A stretch of 64,000 bases of DNA, taken from IMG/VR virus record IMGVR_UViG_3300045988_059494, positions 7,219 through 71,218 of that record. One strand, written 5' to 3'. The DNA comes from a virus. A program made the translations under genes and the position numbers. The notes below the pieces were generated by a model. That model was not told the DNA's origin, made no database searches, and saw nothing but the letters and a program-made list of their open reading frames with translations. Shown in pieces: positions 59,630-64,000 of the stretch (position 1 is the stretch's first letter; each line of letters begins with the position of its first letter).

Positions 59630-59706
59630 TGGTGGTTCTTCAGAGGCTCGAACTCTGGATCGTCCCGTTATGAGCGGGATGCTGTGACCAACTCAGCTAA
59701 AGAACC
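59630..59706 (-). tRNA. tRNA-Met(CAU) (or Ile-lysidine type)
   Basis: Acceptor GGTTCTT/AAGAACC, D-stem GCTG/CAGC, anticodon loop CUCAUAA, CCA. Confidence 0.65.
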
Positions 59707-59752
59707 ATATGACGGCATTAAAGCCGCCAGGAGTCCGTAAAGAAGGAGAAAA

Positions 59753-59826
59753 TGGCACCGGTTGGTAGAATTGAACTACCGTCAGAGGAGTCAGAATCCT
59801 CTGTACTACCATTATACTAAACCGGT
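59753..59826 (-). tRNA. tRNA-Gln(CUG)
   Basis: Acceptor ACCGGTT/AACCGGT, anticodon stem GAGGA/TCCTC with loop UUCUGAC, T-arm GGTAG/CTACC, G73, CCA. Confidence 0.6.
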
Positions 59827-59830
59827 AAAT

Positions 59831-59916
59831 TGGTGCCGCCAGCGGGACTCGAACCCGCACGGTTCTACACCGGGGGATTTTAAGTCCCCTGTGTCTACCA
59901 GTTCCACCATGGCGGC
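59831..59916 (-). tRNA. tRNA-Leu(UAA), type II
   Basis: Acceptor GCCGCCA/TGGCGGC, anticodon loop CUUAAAA, long variable arm, A73, CCA. Confidence 0.65.
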
Positions 59917-59924
59917 ATACTTTC

Positions 59925-60278
59925 TTATTCATAACCTACTGCATCATACATTGGAGCATAACTTTTCACATGACGATGAGTAATAACTCCAATACAAGTT
60001 TCTTTGTCATCTACTTCTTTAATGTAAATAGAAGCCTGATCACTTGTGATTGCGGCACGACCTCGTGGATTTGTTACACGCTTCGCGCACTCTTCGACGT
60101 GCTTCATATCAATAGTATTGATCTCAATACGCTTGTTTCTACCAATGATTACAAAAATAGGTTTATTATTTACTAACAAAGGCTTTGTATCAATGATCCG
60201 TCCGCACCATCTAATTGAATATTCTTCGTGAACATCTGTAACAATCAGATGGGTCTTAATCATAACATCTTCTGTCAT
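59925..60278 (-). CDS. hypothetical protein (117 aa)
   Basis: ORF track. Confidence 0.3.
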   Translation of the reverse strand: MTEDVMIKTHLIVTDVHEEYSIRWCGRIIDTKPLLVNNKPIFVIIGRNKRIEINTIDMKHVEECAKRVTNPRGRAAITSDQASIYIKEVDDKETCIGVITHRHVKSYAPMYDAVGYE

Positions 60279-60538
60279 GCTTTTAACCTCGCAAAGAAAG
60301 CTAATACATCATCATCTGCTTGAACTTCTACAATATCCTCTGAACGAGGTGCTGGAGTTGATTGATGGAATGGGTGTTGCTCCTTCCAACAATCTAAGAA
60401 ATGTTTCTTGATGTAGCTCTCCGAACTGAAAGCCTTATGACAAGTTGGACAAATATACATATCTCTCTTCCTCTTAACAAATATCATCCATTGTTGGGTC
60501 ACTAATTTCAATACCTGCGAAGATTTCGCAATCATCAT
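60275..60538 (-). CDS. small C2H2/C2HC-like zinc-finger protein
   Basis: YICPTCHKAFSSESYIKKHFLDCWKEQH. Confidence 0.35.
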   Translation of the reverse strand: MMIAKSSQVLKLVTQQWMIFVKRKRDMYICPTCHKAFSSESYIKKHFLDCWKEQHPFHQSTPAPRSEDIVEVQADDDVLAFFARLKA

Positions 60539-60918
60539 AGGTCATATTCCGCATAAACTCAATCTCGATTGCTTCTCGCTCGAGAGTTTCAATATCCTCT
60601 TGATATTCATAAATCATGTTCATGATATTGTGAATAGCGCCAAACACTTCATCGAAATTATCCACGGTAATGTTAATTCCTTTTGCAATCTCGATTTGTT
60701 GCTGTAGACGAGCAATCTCTTTATGAGCAGAAGTCTTGCTTTCCCGCAATTTGCTTGCTATTGATTCAAGCTGTTCTTGACTAAATCTCCTAATCTTTTC
60801 ATAAGGAGCTTCTGCAATATCATAAACATGAGTATTACGAGAGTAATTTGCGAGAGGAATAAAATCCTCATTGTGACGAACAAAGAAGTTAAGATATTGT
60901 GACATATACATTCTCCTC
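60474..60918 (-). CDS. hypothetical protein
   Basis: Probable start MYMSQYLNFF with SD AGAGGAG; the upstream part of track ORF 60474..61115 overlaps tRNA genes and is spurious. Confidence 0.35.
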
Positions 60919-60927
60919 TCTTTCGTG

Positions 60928-61042
60928 TGGTTGGAAGCACAGGATTCGAACCTGTATCTCGCGTCCCATACGATAAAATTGCTGTTACAGCCTATTACTA
61001 GGCTAAATCTTACGCGCGTGCTGTCTCTTACACTAACTTCCA
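60928..61042 (-). tRNA. tRNA-like gene with ~40-nt insertion in the anticodon-loop region (possible intron-containing tRNA or pseudo-tRNA)
   Basis: Canonical T-arm ACAGGTTCGAATCCTGT, acceptor TGGAAGT/GCTTCCA, A73, CCA, D-arm GTG..CAC. The putative anticodon stem CGCGT/ACGCG encloses 47 nt that include a hairpin AGCCTAgtaaTAGGCT. Confidence 0.3.
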
Positions 61043-61044
61043 AA

Positions 61045-61120
61045 TGGCTGGGATGGTGAGACTCGAACTCACGAATTCCGGGGTCAAAGCCCGTTGCCTT
61101 ACCGCTTGGCGACACCCCAA
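61045..61120 (-). tRNA. tRNA-Gln(UUG)
   Basis: Acceptor TGGGGTG/CATCCCA (one G-U), D-stem GCC/GGC, anticodon loop CUUUGAC, G73, CCA. Confidence 0.55.
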
Positions 61121-61322
61121 TATTTACAAGACGCTAACGGGCATAACCAATTCCTTTTCGTCCTTTTGTCGGTTCCCCATATGCTCACTGTCCAAAAGAA
61201 CTAGGTTTCTTAAGACCGTGGTCTTAAAACCATAAATATCTCTTATATTTATTCAAATTAGTAGCACAAAAGTTTGCTGATATAGCGTCTTAATCCACGA
61301 TTTGTGGTTGACCTTGCCGGCC

Positions 61323-61360
61323 TATATAAATATTATATCATAATATTTATTATTTTTCAA
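61323..61360 (-). promoter_or_regulatory. palindromic promoter variant upstream of the tRNA unit
   Basis: cctatataaatattatatcataatatttattattttt; near-identical to the 54561 and 62419 copies. Confidence 0.5.
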
Positions 61361-61599
61361 ATCAAGACCCACGGAAACTCAAGCTAATTACTCCATATCT
61401 CCCACTTGTTTCCGTCTTAAAGAGATATATCATAGTCTGGAGGTAATACACTTACCAATAAACATTCTTGTATTCAAGTAAATAGAAGAATTTGCTGTAT
61501 GGGTCTTTTCCATAACATAGGAAAGGAGTGATACATAACCCCATTTAATGGGGAAGTGGCCGTAACTATAAGGGATAACCTTATCTAAGCTCTGGCAAG

Positions 61600-62223
61600 T
61601 TACGAGGTTTCACCGTATTTCCATTTGTATCCATAAGCAGTTTTTCGTTTGCCATTGCATACAGCAGCTATATGCCCTGAATGTTGTTTGCCCAAACGAT
61701 CATAAGCAGCTTTAATTGAAGGGAAAATATTCAAAATTTGATTGGTATTTTTATCTATCTGTATAACAGGCTTAATAATACCTAAACGACTTTTAATACT
61801 TCGCTCTTCTTTGGAAATACCATATTGATTTAACACCTTTGAACAAGTGTCCGTAGAATAATTCAAAATTTTTGCAACTTCTTTAATATTTAATCCTTCT
61901 TTATATAAAGAATATATTAAATCATAGTCACAATATCTCTTTCCATCGCCGCCAAGGGTTGCATTATATCCATTCTTGAAAGAACGTTTTTGTTCAATCC
62001 AATAAACTTCTCGTTCTTCTGGATTATCCGTTTCTTCAATTAGCTCAATATGGAAATGTTCAACCCCATATTTCCGCATAGCAGAATATAATGGACGCTT
62101 TTCGTTACGCTCTTTGAAAGCATCTCGACAATGTTCCTTAAAGCGTTTCTCGATAGAGAATTCAGTTTTACCGACATAAATTTTACCATTTATGTCATTA
62201 GTGATCTAATAGATGTATGCCAT
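61600..62223 (-). CDS. GIY-YIG homing endonuclease with in-frame TAG at codon 6
   Basis: SD AAAGGAG; MAYIY-TAG-ITNDINGKIYVGKTEFSIEKRFKEHCRDA...RKYGVEHFHIELIEE...YWIEQKRSFKNGYNATLGG; track ORF 61600..62079 is the post-TAG part from an internal Met. Confidence 0.65.
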
Positions 62224-62306
62224 AACTAAATGACTCCTTTCTTTTTATTTTGATATAATTAGCATTACCCGTCTTTTACCGCGTGGAGGTTTATATCACA
62301 AAAGAC

Positions 62307-62378
62307 TCGGAGTGACAGGATTCGAACCTGCGACCTCGATACCCCAAATATCGCCGTCTACCGCTGACTTACACCCCG
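62307..62378 (-). tRNA. tRNA-Pro(UGG), CCA not encoded
   Basis: Acceptor CGGGGTG/CACTCCG (one G-U), anticodon stem CGATA/TATCG with loop UUUGGGG, T-loop GGTTCGAATCC. Confidence 0.55.
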
Positions 62379-62418
62379 TTATAAAGACACATATTGTAAT
62401 ATGTGTCTTTCCTTATCT

Positions 62419-62450
62419 TGTATAAATATTATATCATAATATTTATACAA
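62419..62450 (-). promoter_or_regulatory. palindromic promoter variant upstream of tRNA-Pro
   Basis: tataaatattatatcataatatttatacaaaat. Confidence 0.5.
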
Positions 62451-62452
62451 AA

Positions 62453-63313
62453 TCAAATTGTTGTAACAAAAGCATTATATCCCTTGTTAGCTAGATCATG
62501 AACTACTCTTGCTGCGTTAGTCTTCACAGAAAACGCACCAACTTGTACCTTCCAATAGCTACCAACCTTGCGGACATAAGCGTTTTTATATCCTGCATTG
62601 ATTGTGTCTGGAAGAGCTTTAATCTTAGCCAAAAATGCGTTTGCATTAGCTTTCTTGCTAAATGCGCCAAGCTATACTCTATAAATAACTTTTGGCTTTA
62701 AATAAACAGCCATTACATTATCAACAGGACGATTAGTAAATGCTTTTGTGATACACTTACCATCGTGTAATACCTTGGTACTTCCACCTCCATCAAGGTT
62801 AATAGCATAATCAACCTTGAGAGTCTGCAAGAAAGATTGCATTTGCGAGAAGTTCATACCTGGAGATTCAATAGCTACAATAAAGATATTCTCTTTATTA
62901 TAAGCTAAAATAGTTCTTCTAGCTTTGTAGTTAATCTCAGAAGCAATAGTAATAGGAACTGCGGCGCCGGCCTTAATCAAAACTGGATAGCCACTTACGA
63001 AGTCTTCAAACTTCTCTTGACCAATTACACCGTATCTTAGCTCTCCATTTATAGTTCCAAATCCTTCTCTGTAAGAAGAATTAGAGCTAATGATTTTTCC
63101 TTCATCAGAATAATTCAAGATAGTTGAACCATTGCTCATGTTAAAGAAACCACCATTTGAAATAATAGAAGGCTTAACAGCGCAGCTATCATAATAGGCT
63201 TTCAAAGTCTAACGAGGCTATTGACATAATGCCATATCAAACTTTGAAATCTCTGTCTTAGGGATTTCTACAACAGTGATATAAGAATAGTTAGTTGGAT
63301 TATAAATCTTCAT
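62453..63313 (-). CDS. cell-wall-associated protein: phosphodiester-glycosidase-like (NAGPA, NLDGGGST) domain plus C-terminal SPOR domain; 3 in-frame TAG codons
   Basis: SD AAGGTGA; MKIYNPTNYSY...ALCQ-TAG-PR-TAG-TLKAYYDSC... (track ORF 62672..63205), then ...VIYRV-TAG-LGAFSKKANANAFLAKIKALPDTINAGYKNAYVRKVGSYWKVQVGAFSVKTNAARVVHDLANKGYNAFVTTI-TGA (SPOR). Confidence 0.5.
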
Positions 63314-63375
63314 TTTATCACCTTCCTTAATATTTATAAAAGAGAAGATAATTAAATTAAAGAAATATCCCCAAA

Positions 63376-63451
63376 TGGTAGTCCAGATAAGACTTGAACT
63401 TATGCCCTTTCGATTATCAATCGAACGCTCTACCGACTGAGCTACTGGACT
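63376..63451 (-). tRNA. tRNA-Ile(GAU)
   Basis: Acceptor AGTCCAG/CTGGACT, D-arm GCTCAGTCGGTAGAGC, anticodon loop UUGAUAA, A73, CCA. Confidence 0.7.
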
Positions 63452-63454
63452 ATA

Positions 63455-63542
63455 TGGCGCGGAGGGAGAGATTCGAACTCTCGGACCCTCGCGGGTCACT
63501 AGTTTTCTAGACTAGCGCCTTAAACCGCTCGGCCACCTCCAC
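63455..63542 (-). tRNA. type II Ser-like tRNA (G73, long variable arm) with unusual anticodon loop CUAGAAA (formal anticodon AGA)
   Basis: Acceptor GTGGAGG/CCTCCGC (one U-G), anticodon stem CTAGT/ACTAG; same architecture as tRNA-Ser(GGA) but with A at position 34. Confidence 0.45.
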
Positions 63543-63619
63543 TTATTATCAAGACTCTATTATAGTCTAATTAACGGTTAGATGCTCAATAAGCTAAAGA
63601 ATTGCTGTTAGAGTCTTAA

Positions 63620-63696
63620 TGGTATGCTATATTGGACTCGAACCAATGACCCTCGGTTTAGAAGACCGATGCTCTGTCCAACTGAGCTAATAGCAC
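63620..63696 (-). tRNA. tRNA-Arg(UCU)
   Basis: Acceptor GTGCTAT/ATAGCAT, D-arm GCTCAGTTGGACAGAGC, anticodon loop CUUCUAA, CCA. Confidence 0.65.
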
Positions 63697-63960
63697 TTAT
63701 TTCATTCGATATTTAAGCCAATCTCTGTAGGCTTCTTCTCTCGTAGGTGTTGGTTCATCTTTCCAGAACCAATAGCTTTTACGTTCTTTCCATCTATTAA
63801 CAGAGATATGATAGAACTGTTCAAAAGAACTTGGAACAAGAGAGCAATAATCACAAATATCCCACTGACAAGTATATTTCTTGTAAGCAGAATTCGATAA
63901 GTCGAGGTTAATGTTTCTATTAAGCGCCCGCCGCACTTTACGATTAGCAATCTTCTTCAT
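63697..63960 (-). CDS. hypothetical protein (87 aa)
   Basis: ORF track. Confidence 0.3.
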   Translation of the reverse strand: MKKIANRKVRRALNRNINLDLSNSAYKKYTCQWDICDYCSLVPSSFEQFYHISVNRWKERKSYWFWKDEPTPTREEAYRDWLKYRMK

Positions 63961-64000
63961 GCCACGGTTATGATCCTTCCAAACCGGTTGTTTCCGATAT

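Noticed and set aside
59753-61120. tRNA-Gln(CUG) or tRNA-Gln(UUG) as the amber suppressor
   Set aside because: Their anticodon loops read UUCUGAC and CUUUGAC, giving anticodons CUG and UUG, not CUA, so they decode CAG/CAA only.
61121-61600. Search for additional tRNA or ncRNA genes between tRNA-Gln(UUG) and the GIY-YIG gene
   Set aside because: Only a terminator-like hairpin (TTAAGACCGTGGTCTTAA) and a promoter block were found; no T-loop or acceptor pairing was detectable by eye.
9352-62450. Repeated ~30-40 nt AT-rich blocks considered as a CRISPR array or transposon terminal repeats
   Set aside because: Copies are dispersed one per intergenic region, always oriented with the downstream gene and paired with terminator hairpins. 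There are no regular spacers, so they are promoters.
60474-63499. ORF-track proteins 60474..61115 (N-terminal part), 63218..63499 and 54076..54438 (N-terminal part), which overlap tRNA genes
   Set aside because: Their translations run straight through tRNA genes. The real starts are downstream internal Met codons (or there is no gene at all for 63218..63499).
1-64000. Bacteroidetes-type promoter and host (crAss-like) hypothesis
   Set aside because: Genes carry strong GGAGG/AGGAGG Shine-Dalgarno sequences at 5-9 nt spacing and canonical TATAAT -10 boxes, which points to a Firmicutes-type host rather than Bacteroides (weak SD, TAnnTTTG promoters).

Overview
This 64 kb window is a large, AT-rich segment of a virulent tailed-phage genome. 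No host genes are apparent, and strong GGAGG-type ribosome-binding sites suggest a Firmicutes-like host. Almost all genes lie on the minus strand, organised as follows. 1-33 kb holds DNA replication and nucleotide metabolism: anaerobic ribonucleotide reductase NrdD/NrdG, a PHP-type DnaE polymerase split by a homing-endonuclease insertion, DnaQ-like exonuclease, DnaB helicase, DnaG primase, RecD-like helicase, RecJ-like exonuclease, ATP-dependent ligase, type II topoisomerase subunits, RNase H, and a Sak4-like ATPase with an SSB. Next come a holin and amidase endolysin, then a tRNA/RNA-repair set (polynucleotide kinase, phosphoesterases, Rnl2-like RNA ligase, Thg1-like 3'-5' polymerase). An NAD+ salvage block follows (NadE, NAMPT-like phosphoribosyltransferase, PRPP synthetase, nicotinamidase, HAD phosphatase), then CobS/CobT-like AAA+ and vWA proteins, tail-fibre-like genes, and about 13 tRNA genes at the 3' end. 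A conserved extended -10 promoter motif (TGnTATAAT embedded in an AT-rich, partly palindromic block) together with bidirectional hairpin terminators punctuates the whole region. The most striking observation is that many genes are only intact if TAG is read as a sense codon. These include six homing endonucleases, structural and fibre-like genes, a MuF-like head protein, a SPOR-domain wall-binding protein and several minigenes. In a pair of paralogous zinc-ribbon minigenes, the TAG codons of one copy align with CAA/CAG (Gln) codons in the other, pointing to an amber-to-glutamine reassignment (code-15-like) in part of the gene set, while the replication genes use the standard code. I found no CUA-anticodon tRNA among the tRNAs I could fold here; two tRNA-like genes have atypical anticodon regions. 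The DnaE gene appears interrupted at a conserved motif by a GIY-YIG-carrying intron-like insertion. The RecD-like helicase needs a frameshift or hop just before its Walker A motif and is flanked by a diverged duplicate of its own N-terminus around an HNH endonuclease. All coordinates I derived by hand-indexing may be off by a few nt.
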